Source: Octopus vulgaris (taxonomy: Eukaryota). From it: a DNA stretch of 64,000 bases. Position 1 is the stretch's first letter; every line of letters begins with the position of its first letter. Below are positions 52,405 through 64,000 of the stretch, piece by piece. The translations under genes and the position numbers were made by a program. The stretch is from the NCBI GenBank assembly GCA_951406725.2, contig OX597837.1, positions 13,888,001-13,952,000 of the forward strand. The letters are read 5' to 3'. The notes below the pieces were generated by a model. The model had not been told where the DNA came from, made no database searches, and was given only the letters and a program-made list of their open reading frames with translations.

Positions 52405-52557
52405 TGTTAATTGAAGAGACAGATGCAGTGTTCAGTTGTTAACCGAAGGGGCAAATACGGTGTACAGTTTGTTAACTAAAGAGACAGATACGATGAACAG
52501 CTGTTAATTGAAGGGGCAAATACAGTGTAGGGGTGTTAATTGGAGAGGCAAATGTTG
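52405..52557. repeat. About 32-33 bp minisatellite, 5 units
   Basis: Units start TGTTAA and alternate GAGACAGAT and GGGGCAAAT. Confidence 0.8.
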
Positions 52558-52679
52558 TGAAGGGCATCCAGCTGTAGAAACAGCTGCCAGATCAGACTGG
52601 AGCCTGTCGCAGCCTCCTGGCTTCTCAGACCCCGGTCGAACCGTCCAACCCATGCTAGCATGGAAAACAGATGTTAAAC

Positions 52680-52715
<36 letters not shown>

Positions 52716-52753
52716 ATTTAAAAAGTATAAAAAGAAAAAAAGGTGCTTGTTAC

Positions 52754-52876
52754 TTTGGCCGGTGTGTACAAAGATGATTGGAAATGGTTGAAACATGCTT
52801 CAACTTCAGCCTGGGATCTGCAAGGCTTTACATGTTCGTCCATCAGTTCTTTGTACTTCTTTATTTCATCACAAAG
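52754..52876 (-). CDS. Coding exon 7 (LCDEIKKYKELMDEHVKP...LYTPAK)
   Basis: aaattacag acceptor and AAA|GTAACA donor; 123 nt, phase 0 to 0. Confidence 0.82.
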
Positions 52877-53217
52877 CTGTAATTTCAAAAAGAAATGGCA
52901 CCGTATCAAGACGATGATAATAATAATAATACTTTCTACTATAGACACTATGAAATTTGGGGGAGGGCGGATAGTCGATTACATTGACCCCAGTGCGTAA
53001 CTGGTACTTATTCCATTAACCCTGAAAAGATGAAAGGCAAAGTCGACCTTGGTGCAATTTGAATATAGAACATAAAGATGGACAAAAGGCTGCTAAGCAC
53101 TTTTGCTCAACGTGCTAACGATTCTGCCAGCTTGCTGCCTTAGTCGTATTTGTATCATTAATAATAATATTGGCACAAGGTCAACAATATCAAGGGGAAG
53201 GAAACAAGTCACTTATA

Positions 53218-53622
53218 GGTGCAGGAGTGGATGTGTGGTAAATAGCTTGCTTACAAACCACATGGTTCTGGGTTTAGTCCCACTGTGTGGTACCTTAGGC
53301 TAGTGTCTTCTACTATAGCCTCAGGCCGACCAAGGCCTTGTGAGTGGATTTGGTAGACAGAAACTGAAAAGAAGCCTGTCGTATATATGTATATATATAT
53401 GTATGTGCGTGTTTGTGTGTCTGTGTTTGTCCCCCTAACATCGCTTGACAACCGATGCTGGTGTGTTTACGTCCCCGTAACTCAGCGGTTCGGCAAAAGA
53501 GACCAATAGAATAAGTACTAGGCTTACAAAGAATAAGTCCTGGGGTCGATTTGATCAACTAAAAAGGTGGTGCTCCAGCATGGTCGCAGTCAAATGATTG
53601 AAACAACTAAGAGAGTAAAAGT
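53218..53622 (+). mobile_element. Full-length SINE family A
   Basis: Collinear with the other copies. Confidence 0.9.
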
Positions 53623-54044
53623 GTATATCAACCCCAGAACTTGACTGATTCTTTATTTTATGGACCTGAAAAGGGTGAAAAGCAAATTTGACCTTGGCAG
53701 GATTTGAACTCAGACTGTAAAGAGTCGGAAGGAATGCAGCTAAGCGTTTTGCCTGATGCTTTAACCACTCAGCTAACTCCTGACCCTCAAAATAATTAAA
53801 ATAATTGTTTTAGTAAACATAACAAAGTTGATTGCTCATGTAGATTCCCTGAATTATTTGACCCCTTAATGGGTCCCAAAGCCTTACATCCATGACCCTC
53901 CTGTCATTTTTTGTTCTCCAGGTATACATTATCTTATGTGGCTTTCTGTTTTTTAAGGAAAGCCACATGAGAGATTTAGCTGCTATTTCTAGCAGATCAT
54001 TGAGCAATACTACAGAAGCTCCCTCATTGGTTATAGATTAAATC

Positions 54045-54500
54045 CTTGGTGAAGAAGGAAAGAAAGGAGGTGGAGGTAGGGGAGGAGGATGAAACAAGAG
54101 AGGAGTAGGAGGCAAGGGATTAGGAGGTGTGGGAGAAAGAGTAGGAAGCAAGGGAGGAAGAAGCAAAACGGGAGGGGCAGTAGGTGAGTTGGGGAAGGGG
54201 TAAGAGGAGGGAGGAGACAAGGGGAAGGGAAGGAAGCAAGAGGAAGGAGGGTTAATGGAGGGGAAGGAGGCAAGAGGGGGTGGAGTCAGAGGCAAGGGGA
54301 GGAGGTAAGGAGAAGGAACAAGGGAGGAGTAGGAGGTAGAGGAGAAAGAGTAGGAAGCAAGGGAGGAAGAGGCAAAGAGGATATAGAGAAAGCAAGTGAA
54401 GGGGAGGAGGTAAGGTGAAGGAACAAGAGAGGAGTAGGAGGCATGGGTGGAAGAGCAGGAAGCAAGGGAAGAAAGAGGTGGAGTGGGGGAACGGAGAAGA
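54045..54500. repeat. Polypurine degenerate tandem repeat
   Basis: Recurrent AGTAGGAAGCAAGGGAGGAAGA / GAACAAGAGAGGAGTAGGAGG blocks. Confidence 0.85.
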
Positions 54501-54518
54501 AAACAAAAAAAAAATCAC

Positions 54519-54765
54519 TTTGGTGGCATCTTCCTGGCATTGTTCAATCTGAAGAATTCTTTGGATTTGGTCATTTAGAACTTCCCAAATTCTTGACATG
54601 CTTTGTTTACTCTCCAGGAAATAGTTGTGGAGTCGGAGAAGTTCAGCTTTGGAAGAAACCAGAATGGACGAAGAGATCTGAGACAAAACCGAATCTGTTT
54701 CAGGATGTTCCATGGAGGCAATTGTGTTCTTGCATTTGTCAATAATTGTTTCCATGTTTAAGTTC
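54519..54765 (-). CDS. Coding exon 6 (NLNMETIIDKCK...RIWEVLNDQIQRILQIEQCQEDATK), spectrin-repeat-like
   Basis: tttcatttcacag acceptor and AAA|GTGATT donor; 247 nt, phase 2 to 0. The W...L.Q.LQ..Q pattern resembles a spectrin repeat end. Confidence 0.87.
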
Positions 54766-54954
54766 CTGTGAAATGAAAGTAAAATAAAGTTAATATTGTG
54801 TGTCCAATGGCAAGAATTAACACTGGAATGGCTGCCGAAACTTTACCTTCTTAAATGACAAGAATAAAAGACCATTTAAGAATTGTTTCAAATTTTGGCA
54901 CAAGGCCAGCAATTTTAAGGGAAGTGTGTGGTTGATTCTACTACAAGGTCCAGT

Positions 54955-55375
54955 CCTTGATGTGGCCTGGTGGCTTGGGTACCTTGATGACCCTGAGCGC
55001 TATCCAGCAGAGTGCAAGCTCTTGGTATGGCCCCCACCCATGCTGGACAGGTTAAAGGATAGAGGCTTGACTAGTATAGAGCACCTCTTTCCAGAGGTAA
55101 AAATGGGTTCGCATATGGTCAACATTCTTACTGCGAAAAAAGCAAAGTTACAGAAGCACCAATGACCATTCCAAATGAACAAGATTCGGGTGAAGAAAGC
55201 CTTTCTTAAGGGGAACATATGGTGTGGTGCAGCATAATCCAAATGGAAGCTACATGGAAAAGGTAGAGAACCATTGGGAGACAAGCAAAAGAGGTAACCC
55301 AGAGTTGAGGACGGTGGAGAAAAGTCGTTGATGGCTTATGCTCCTCAGGGAGTGAAGGGCTTAAGTGAATAAGTA
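54955..55375 (+). mobile_element. Probable internally deleted RTE-derived element
   Basis: The 5' part resembles RTE 5' UTRs. The 3' part GATGGCTTATGCTCCTCAGGGAGTGAAGGGCTTAAGT resembles RTE ORF ends (W..VVDGLCSSG). Confidence 0.45.
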
Positions 55376-56088
55376 GGGACAGTCGATTACATCGGCCTCA
55401 GTACTTTTAATGATTCTGGAAGGATGAAGGGCAAAGTTGATTCTGGTAGAATTTGAGCTCAAAATGTAATGACTTAGAAGAAATACTGAAAATGGTTATG
55501 AGGAACCACCTGAATAAAATGGGAAACCAAGGACCCTATAGATAAAAAAATGGTTGAGAAACAATGATCCAGAGCCTCGCCAATGGATGCTGTTTGCCAT
55601 TTTCAGGCAGCAGTTTTAAGGCTTTTTAACATTCATATGGAGGGTAGCCATGTTATCTCCTCTATGGCAAAAAACACTTGCTCCTGTCTTTCCATCATAC
55701 TTTAATCTCTCAGCCTCTGGTACAAAGCCGCTCAGTTGAAGAAGGGTTTTGTCTTGTGAGTTTCTGGGCGAGCAAACTAGTGCAGGTGCCATGGGAACCC
55801 TCCACTCCCTTTTGTACACTCTGTAAGGTGGTTGGCATTGGGAAGGGCCTGTAGCCATGGAAAACTCCACCAAAGCTGACATTGGAGATCGATGCAGTCC
55901 TCTGGCTTACTGGCTCTCATTGAACCGTCCAAAGCTGCGCAGGAAACGGATGTTAAATGATGATGGCAATAAAGCAATTTTAGGTGGTGTCCATACACAG
56001 TTTTAGGCTGTTGTCTATACACACAGCAGAGTTGTATGCACACAGAAATTTTATAGACGGTATTTCAGGTGTTAAGAGGCTTATATAC

Positions 56089-56090
<2 letters not shown>

Positions 56091-56136
<46 letters not shown>

Positions 56137-56410
56137 AATTATTGTATACAGTGCTCAGGTGCACCACAACTTGTCAGAAGTGCATATAAAGCATATGCAG
56201 TAATGTACAAATGTCTGAGAAGCGAACAATGTATGAGTCAGATACATGCTTGTGTGTGTATGGAGGGGAGAAAATCAAGTGTAGTGTTGGCGAATCTCAG
56301 GAAGCATGGAAGTTTTGAAGGATGCAGTGCTCCAACAACTAACAACTGATGCCGGCAGTCTGTTCCATGCTTCAGCAACTCTCAGCATGAAAAAATGTTT
56401 CCTAAAGTCA
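56091..56410 (-). mobile_element. CR1-like LINE 3' end with (TTA)n tail
   Basis: DFRKHFFMLRVAEAWNRLPASVVSCWSTASFKTSMLPEIRQHYT*; a second copy lies at 63273-63475. Confidence 0.85.
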
Positions 56411-57746
56411 TATACATTTGTTATAACGGTTATATAAACATAGGAGGTATACGCAAACTGTAGATTTTAAAGGCTATACAAACATAGTAATATGAAGGGT
56501 TATTATATAAAAAAAGTTATTTTAGGGAATTAAAAAACAAGGAAATTGGGGCATCCATCTTTTTTTCTTCTTTTTTCAAACCATTAACAATGGAAGGGAG
56601 GTAACTCTGAGCAGTCGTTTAATTGCAACTTAACATTATTCGTACAATTTAATTCTTTCGAAACCGAATTTAGTTCCTTTTCCTAAATTTAGCTTCAATT
56701 TCAAATAATCTAACACCCAACTACTAATTTATCCAGTTTTAATACCCTCTATATTTAGACATTATCAATAATTCTGTTTTTAACATTTTTTCCCCCTCAT
56801 TCATAAATATAGCACAAAAAACGTCTGTGAGCGCATTTGAAACGAGTTTCGAACTTTTTCAGTTGCTATAGAAACAAAACCCAAATCGGGGCCTGTCAGG
56901 TGATCATTCGGAACGCTTGGAGTTTTGTTTTTAACGAGATCCTTTTACTTTTTTAATGTATCAATTTCATTAGTTGGCACCAAAGAATTACCATTTCTGT
57001 AATGGAAGACATACTAGCCCAAACTGTTGACTTCACTTAAACATTTATTATAAAAACAATATTGCTTCTCAACCACGGGGTTCCGAGTTCAGTCCCACTG
57101 CTTGGCACCTTGGGCAAGTATCTTCTACTATAGCCTCAGGCTCACCAAAGCCTTGCGAGTGGATTTGGTTGGGGGAAACTGAAAGAAGTTGGGGGAAACT
57201 GAAAGTATATATAGGGGTAAAATATGAAAAATCAACGAAAATGCACATTGCAAATAAAAAAAAAGGCTATTTATGACAGGTAGTGACGAATATATACATT
57301 TAGATTGACTGAGGTAGTAATACGAGTCATAAAAGTCATTATTATGAGATGATTATAAGATGATAATAAAGTAAGAGAAGAAAACGGACCATGGTCTACG
57401 CAAAGCTATTCATCGTTTGAACAGTTGAAATTTACAGAAAGCAAAAGACAGAGACAGGTGTATAAACAACAAGCAGGTGTATTAGTTTGACGCTCGAGTG
57501 GGGGTGAGAAAGTTTTTTACCTTTCACAAACAAAAGCAAAACAAATGACTCACTGTTTAACCAAATTAAACAAACAATTGATTAGTTAATTGGACATTTT
57601 ACTAATTGATTGATAATAAAGGAGTGGAATTGAACCAGTGCGTGTGTTAATAATATTAGTATAATGACCCTCCCTAGACACAACAAAATTTGTTTCAACA
57701 CACAAATTCACATAAAGAGTCTGGCAAACCAGACACAAAAACTTAC

Positions 57747-57910
57747 TTCATTATTCCATGGAATTTCTCTTCAAGCTGCTGAACAAGTGACTTCAGTTCC
57801 GCACTGTCTCGGCCTTTAATGTCATACTCGGTCAACAGTTGCAGTTGGTCTTTAGCTGTTGGAATTTTTTTCTCCAGTTGATGGGATTTCGTCAACAGAT
57901 CTCCAACAGT
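57747..57910 (-). CDS. Coding exon 5 (TVGDLLTKSHQLEKKIP...EEKFHGIM-K), helical/spectrin-like
   Basis: gttgttctag acceptor and AA|GTAAGT donor; 164 nt, phase 0 to 2. Confidence 0.87.
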
Positions 57911-58048
57911 CTAGAACAACAGAAGTGGTTGTCACTATTAGCGCTCAATGGCAGAGAAATTAATATATTAGGTTTTTCATTGAAAAATCAGCTTTGAACT
58001 TCCAAGTTGGTGGTGGTAATTTATCAAATATGCAATATTTAGGATATG

Positions 58049-58093
<45 letters not shown>

Positions 58094-58198
58094 ATAGAGA
58101 TATATATATATATATCACATTCAAAATGTGACCGCGTGTGTACCGTTGGCGATTTTTTTTCCTCTGTCTTCCCTTCTCTGGATCTTTCCTTCTCCTAT

Positions 58199-58233
58199 GT
58201 TTCCGACGAAGAGCTCCGCTCAAAACGTTAAAC
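58199..58233 (+). ncRNA. Second minimal hammerhead-like motif (degenerate core)
   Basis: GTTT-CCGACGA-A-GAGC tcc GCTC-AAAAC-GTT-AAAC, the same architecture as 23015-23052. Confidence 0.5.
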
Positions 58234-58616
58234 CCTCTTTCCTGAGCGTCCAATAATACTATATTTGTTCCACGTCCTCACATTGTGTTTTTCTGTGCTT
58301 TCTTGTTTGGATTAACTATATATATATGTATATATATATATATATATATACACCCTCTCAGGGATATATTGAAAGACATCTTGAAAAAAGAGATATAGTT
58401 ATTTATTCAAGATTAATGTTGATGTATCCATTTATCCAATATCCAAAAATAAAAAGGGAAAAAGAAGGAACAAGGAAAGAAAATCTTGCAAGTTAGTTTA
58501 CCAAGAAGTTCCCTTATAAAAGGTAGATAATTCTGATTTTCAGAACATTTATTAATTTCGTTTTGGGATTTGATTTGCAAGATTCTTTATGTGAGTTCGT
58601 GTGTTGAAGCATTTTC

Positions 58617-58832
58617 TGTTGTGTCTGGGGAGAGTCATTTTCTTTTTGTGCCTTATTATTTAACACACTCACCTGTAAAATTTCCTCTCATTTACTTATT
58701 TGTTTTTCTAAAATTTTCGTTGCGCCTTGCAACCTTTTTAATAGTTGTTGATTCTGTCAGTTATCCAAACTCCGGTGAGTGTTTTAAATTATAAGGCACT
58801 AAAAGAGAACGACTCTCCCCAGACACAACAGA
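58617..58832. repeat. Inverted repeat, about 58-bp arms and 100-bp spacer
   Basis: CTGTTGTGTCTGGGGAGAGTC...ACACTCACC pairs with GGTGAGTGT...GACTCTCCCCAGACACAACAG. Confidence 0.9.
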
Positions 58833-58899
58833 ATAGTCTTTATTAATGTTAAACACAAACACTAAAGCAGATATCGACCGTTGACTTTCGAGTAATGAC

Positions 58900-59660
58900 C
58901 TCTGGCAAAAACAGTAAGTATTTAACCTTCGTCAAAAAGGTCGATGGTGTCTTAACATCACTCAATAAAACCTCAACAGTTGCTCACCTGCAATCTGTTT
59001 AAAGCTGTATATAGCTACAGTATGTCGACATAGTTTGCATCTTCAGTTCGGAACACTCATTCTTGTCTAGAATATCGAATATAGAAGCTGTCCAGAGATG
59101 TGCATCCTAATGAATTCCCTCTGTCAATCACTTACCATATCTTGAATGAATCGCTTCTCAGGACATCGACATACTAAAACTTCAACATCCAGCAACTGAC
59201 TTGGAATTAGCTTACAAGATTCTTTCCCCTCTTTCCAACAATAACTTTGGTTCCATTTTTTAATCCAGTGCCTCTACCACTCGTGGACATGTTTATAAAA
59301 TCAAAAAGCAGCACAGGCACCTATGATTTCAGAAAAAATTCTTCATGCTCAGAATTGTCAAAGCATGAAATAAACTATCCGTATCATTTGTTTCATGTCA
59401 GGACACAGCTTCCTTCAGAAATTCCATACTTCCCGAGATCTGGCAACACTATTCCTGACCTGCTTATACACCTTTTCATCCCTATGGACCTTTTACTGGT
59501 CAGTTTTCCTGTGTTTCGGGGTCTCATTCTGTCTCCTCTCCACGTGTTTCTCACTTTCATTGCTGTCTTTCATTACTTGATTTTCTTTCCTCTCTTTTCA
59601 CCTTTTCCAAAGAGTTTGGTACACCCACACCCAGGCACTGTACTGAGGAAGCTCAGTATT
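58900..59660 (+). mobile_element. Decayed CR1-like LINE 3' part
   Basis: EAVQR...ATDLELAYKI...TTRGHVYKIKKQ...FFMLRIVKA*NKL; related to 56091-56410. Confidence 0.75.
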
Positions 59661-59825
59661 ATTGGTGAGCTGGCAGAATCATTCGGGCATTGGATAAATG
59701 TTTTCCAAAATCTCTTCTGGCTCCTAACATTCTGAGTTCAAATCTCACTGAGGGGAAATTCAAGCTTAACAGAAACAGACAAAGTCAGCAAGAAAAATAA
59801 TTTAGAAAGAGGAATTAGAACTCAC

Positions 59826-59942
59826 CATTTGATAAAGATACCAAGCTTTGTGGGAGTATTTCAAGAACCCTCCGTAGTCTTCTGTTAATTGGGATGGATC
59901 AATGTAGCTATAGACTTCTTTTATTTTCTCCAACCAGACAAC
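59826..59942 (-). CDS. Coding exon 4 (VVWLEKIKEVYSYIDPSQLTEDYGGFLKYSHKAWYLYQM), end of Sec14-like domain
   Basis: tttgactcag acceptor and ATG|GTGAG donor; 117 nt. YIDxSQLTxDxGGxLxYxHxxW is the hallmark C-terminal motif of the Sec14 domain in SESTD1/Trio/Kalirin/MCF2L/PLEKHG4. Not present in the ORF track. Confidence 0.92.
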
Positions 59943-60360
59943 CTGAGTCAAAATAATTCAGTGAATTCAAAGAAATTCCAAGAAGTGTAAATGCTGTTAA
60001 TTGTCATATCATGCAATCGATAAAGGATAACTAAGTTATTACTATCTCCATGATGTATATATACGTCATGGAAGGAATATGAATGAGTATATCATTACAG
60101 TTGCTATATACTACAATCTCTCTCAAAATGTATCATTCAACAACATATATATGTAGTACAAATGTTTTTATTTTTATAAGTTTTGAATTAAAATCTTCCA
60201 CCAAACCTTAGTCACAATTCATGATCCTAACACTAGCTTAATGATAATGAAGTTGTTTTACTAAATTCTTTGTTATATTTAAAATCAATTAAAAGAAACA
60301 CTGAGAGCATCTCAACAGAAATATGGTAACAAAAGGGTTAAAATATATAATAAACGATTC

Positions 60361-60589
60361 TTAACCCTTTTGATACCAACCTGGCTGAAACCGTCTCTGG
60401 CTCTGAGTACAAATGTCTTGTTTTCATAAGTTCTGAATTAAAATCTTCCACCAAACCTTAGTCACAATTTATGTTCCTAACACTAGCTGAATGATAACGA
60501 AGTTGTTTTACTAAATTCTTTGTTATATTTAAAATTAACTGAAAGACACACAGAACATCTCAAAATAAATATGCTAATGAAAGGGTTAA
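60361..60589. mobile_element. piggyBac-type MITE (TTAA-CCCTTT...AAAGGG-TTAA) with adjacent truncated copy
   Basis: TTAA at both ends and CCCTTT TIRs. A 5'-truncated copy lies at 60155-60341, a fragment at 30220-30346 (-), and a diverged relative near 9650-9860. Confidence 0.8.
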
Positions 60590-60736
60590 GAGCTTACCCC
60601 TATACCACATCATCACCATTCTTATCTTACTTTCCGACTGCACACTCTGGTTACTTCCACACACTCTTGTATAATGTGAGGCAGCCACATAATCTCCATC
60701 CACAGCAACGAAGTAGAATGAAATATTTCCACTCAC

Positions 60737-60865
60737 CTTGAATAGAACAGAAACAGCTGAAGAATACTTGGCTTTCAGACCCAGTTGCTTCTTCAACAAA
60801 CGGGAATTGTCTTTAGTCTTTGGTTTGATCAAATAGACGACATTGATGCTGTCCGACGTGGTTTT
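60737..60865 (-). CDS. Coding exon 3 (KTTSDSINVVYLIKP...VSVLFK)
   Basis: ccttccacag acceptor and AAG|GTGAGT donor; 129 nt, phase 0 to 0, open frame. Confidence 0.85.
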
Positions 60866-62289
60866 CTGTGGAAGGTCAAAACGGATCTCTTAGTGTTTGT
60901 TTGTTTGTTTCAGTCATTGGACTGCAGCCATGCTGGAGCAACACCTTGGAGGGTTTTAGTTAAACGAATTGACCCCCAGCACTCGTTTTTAAGCTGGCTA
61001 CTTATTCCATCAGTCTCTTTTTGGAGAACTGCTAAGTTATGAAGATGTAAACAAATGAACATCTGCAGTCAAATAATGGTGGGGAACAAACTCAAACACA
61101 AAGACACACGCAATGATATATACACATACATACATACGTACATACGTACATACATACATACATACATACATACATACATACATACGTACATACGTACATA
61201 TGTATATACATACATACGTACATATACACATACATTCATAATACATACATACATTCATTTATTCATACATCCATACACACATACACACATATATACACAC
61301 ACATACACACACATACACACATGTGTCCGCACATATATACACACACATACACACACATACATACACACATACATATATATATATACATACGTATGTACAC
61401 ACATACATACACACATATTTACATACACACACATACATATACACATATACACATACATACACACACACACACACACACAACCACATATACATACACTCAT
61501 ACATTCTGCTCAGCATGCTAACGGTTCTGTCAGCTTGGTGCCTTCCAGTGTCAGCTCCTATAATATAGTCCTGAGCTGGTCAATGTCTTGCGACTGGATT
61601 TGGAAAATTAAAAAAATGTAGAAAGTTCATCACGTATATGTATATATGTATATAGATGCAGGAGTGGCTTTGTGGTAAGTTGTTTGCCTTCCATTTACGT
61701 GGTTTTGGATTCAGTCCCACTGCATGGCTCCTTGAGCAAGTATTTTATACTCTAACCCTATGCTGATCAAAGCTTTGTGAGTGGATTTGATAGACAGAAA
61801 CTGAAAGAAGCTCACCATGTGTATATAAATGTGTGCGTATTTGTGTATGTGTGTGCCTATACATGCATGCATGTACGTATGTATGTATGTGTGTCTTTGC
61901 ATGTGTATGTATGTATGTATGTATATATGTGTGTGTATGCATATGTATATATGTATGTATGTGTGTGAATCTGTATGTACGTATCCTGCATATTTATGTG
62001 CTTGCATGTCCGGTGTTTGTGTATTTTCTATGTATGTGTGTGTGAGCATGTGTTTGTATATGTATGCACCTCTGTCTCCTTCTGTGTGTGCATGTCTGTG
62101 TCTGTGTGTGTGTGTGTTATGCAACTATGTACCATGTTTGTATGTATGGATGTGCATCTTTATATGTGTGGATCCGTGTCTCCATTTGTGTCTGTTCTTG
62201 TAACCTATGTACCTATCTGTCTCTATGTTGATCTGTTTATTTACATATCTAAAATACAATTAAAAATATTAAAAAAACCCCTTACAAAC

Positions 62290-62510
62290 CTGGACACTCT
62301 CCATGGCTTGCAACCACATTTGTATTCCTGGGTGAGTGGCATGTTGTAAGCAGATGAGAATGGAGAATCCTTTCACCTGGTCAACAGGTAACATTAAGCT
62401 ACAGTAATACTCCAGAAGGTGTGCAAGTCTATTTGAGGTGAAGGAATCCAGGAGATTAACACTGGCAACTGGGAATGTGACAACGCATCTTCCATCTATA
62501 TCAGTTGCAC
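62290..62510 (-). CDS. Coding exon 2 (G-ATDIDGRCVVTFP...WLQAMESVQ), Sec14-like domain
   Basis: tttcaag acceptor and CAG|GTTTGT donor; 221 nt, phase 1 to 0. GxxDxxGRxVVxF and LLEYY motifs are typical of the Sec14-like domain. Confidence 0.85.
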
Positions 62511-62519
62511 CTTGAAATG

Positions 62520-62950
<431 letters not shown>

Positions 62951-63034
62951 ATAATAATAATAATAATAAGCTTTATAACCCACGGCCAGGCCTGGACCAA
63001 ACAGAAACCATAATAAAATGTCTTGAAGCGCTAC

Positions 63035-63098
63035 CTGTTAGTTGAGCAATTCCTGATCTCAGAATCTCAGAATCAACTGCCTTATTTCCGTGAGACAT
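63035..63098 (-). CDS. Coding exon 1 of Sec14/CRAL-TRIO + spectrin-repeat protein (MSHGNKAVDSEILRSGIAQLT-G)
   Basis: ATG at 63098 and donor G|GTAGCG (phase 1). A ttccttttcag acceptor lies just upstream, so further 5' exons may lie outside the window. ILRSGIAQLTG resembles the start of the Sec14-like domain in SESTD1/PLEKHG4/ARHGEF40-type proteins. Confidence 0.75.
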
Positions 63099-64000
63099 TC
63101 TCTGAAAAGGAAAGGAAAATAGATTCAGAATTAAATAGGAAAAAATAATGGTACAGTTCAATCATGCGTTTGTTATTGTCCGTTTTCTCCCCTGCCAGTG
63201 CAAAGCAATTGCTATGGATACCAAAGCATGGCCACACCTGAGCAGGTTTGTTTCCCGACCATCTGGTTTAAAAATAATAATAATAATAATGAAATTATTG
63301 TATACAGTGCTCAGGTGCACCACAACTTGTCAGAGTATATGCAGTAATGTACAAATGTCTGGAAAACGAACAATGCATGAGTCAGATCCATGCTTGCGTG
63401 TGTATGGAGGGGAGAAAATCAGGTGTAGTGTTGGTGAATCTCAGGAAGCATGGAAGTTTTGAAGGATGTAGTGCAAGTGTTTTCTGCTATAGCTCCTGGC
63501 CACAACAGCATTGTGAGTGGATTTCGTGGAAGGAAACTGAAAGAAGCCTGTCTTATGTGTACCTGTATGTGTATGCAATCATGTATGTATGTGTTTATGC
63601 ATAGAGGTATGTGTGTGTGTGTGTGAATGTCTCCTTGTTTTTACATCGTGTGATGGTTGTAAACGAACATCACCATCACATAAGCTGTGTCCTTCATTTT
63701 CCGGTCTTCCTTGGAAATCTGTCAGGTCGTGGGGCAAATATTAGCCAGCTTGGAAACAGGTGAAGGTTGGTGGCAGGAAGGGCATCCAACCTTAGAAAAA
63801 TCTACCTCAACAACTTCCATCTGACCCATGCAAGCAAAGAATTGTCTGATAAGGGTACACCAGGCACATGTATCACAACCATATGTGCGCGACATGATTA
63901 TCTCATATCAAGATAAACAGCACATGACCTTGCAGGTGGGGCCCAGTTACAATTTTCTTCAGGTCGAATAAGCCATCCCGCTCAAAAGGTCCCTGAATAA

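Overview
This is AT-rich, microsatellite-saturated eukaryotic DNA. The SINE families and repeat landscape look like an octopus/coleoid cephalopod genome (inferred from remembered repeat families, not verified). One spliced protein-coding gene can be reconstructed by hand on the minus strand. It has 12 phase-consistent GT-AG coding exons from 63098 to 34270, 3447 nt and about 1148 aa if the ATG at 63098 is the start. The product has an N-terminal Sec14/CRAL-TRIO-like domain, spectrin-repeat-like helices and a long acidic/Ser-rich disordered tail, with no DH-PH GEF module, so it is SESTD1/PLEKHG4-N-terminus-like. A strong splice donor 70 nt past the stop codon suggests a 3'-UTR intron. The rest of the window is repeats: tRNA-derived SINEs with swapped modules, CR1/RTE/R4-Dong/Penelope-like fragments, mariner/Tc1 relics, hAT/Tc1/piggyBac-type MITEs, a Helitron, minisatellites and fold-backs. 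The most interesting non-genic signals are short (TA)n-embedded elements carrying minimal hammerhead-ribozyme-like motifs, a SINE-end-derived minisatellite with higher-order structure, a template-switch rearrangement, and an R4/Dong insertion in the (TAA)n tract that abuts a splice acceptor. Almost all ORFs in the supplied track are microsatellite or SINE artefacts.
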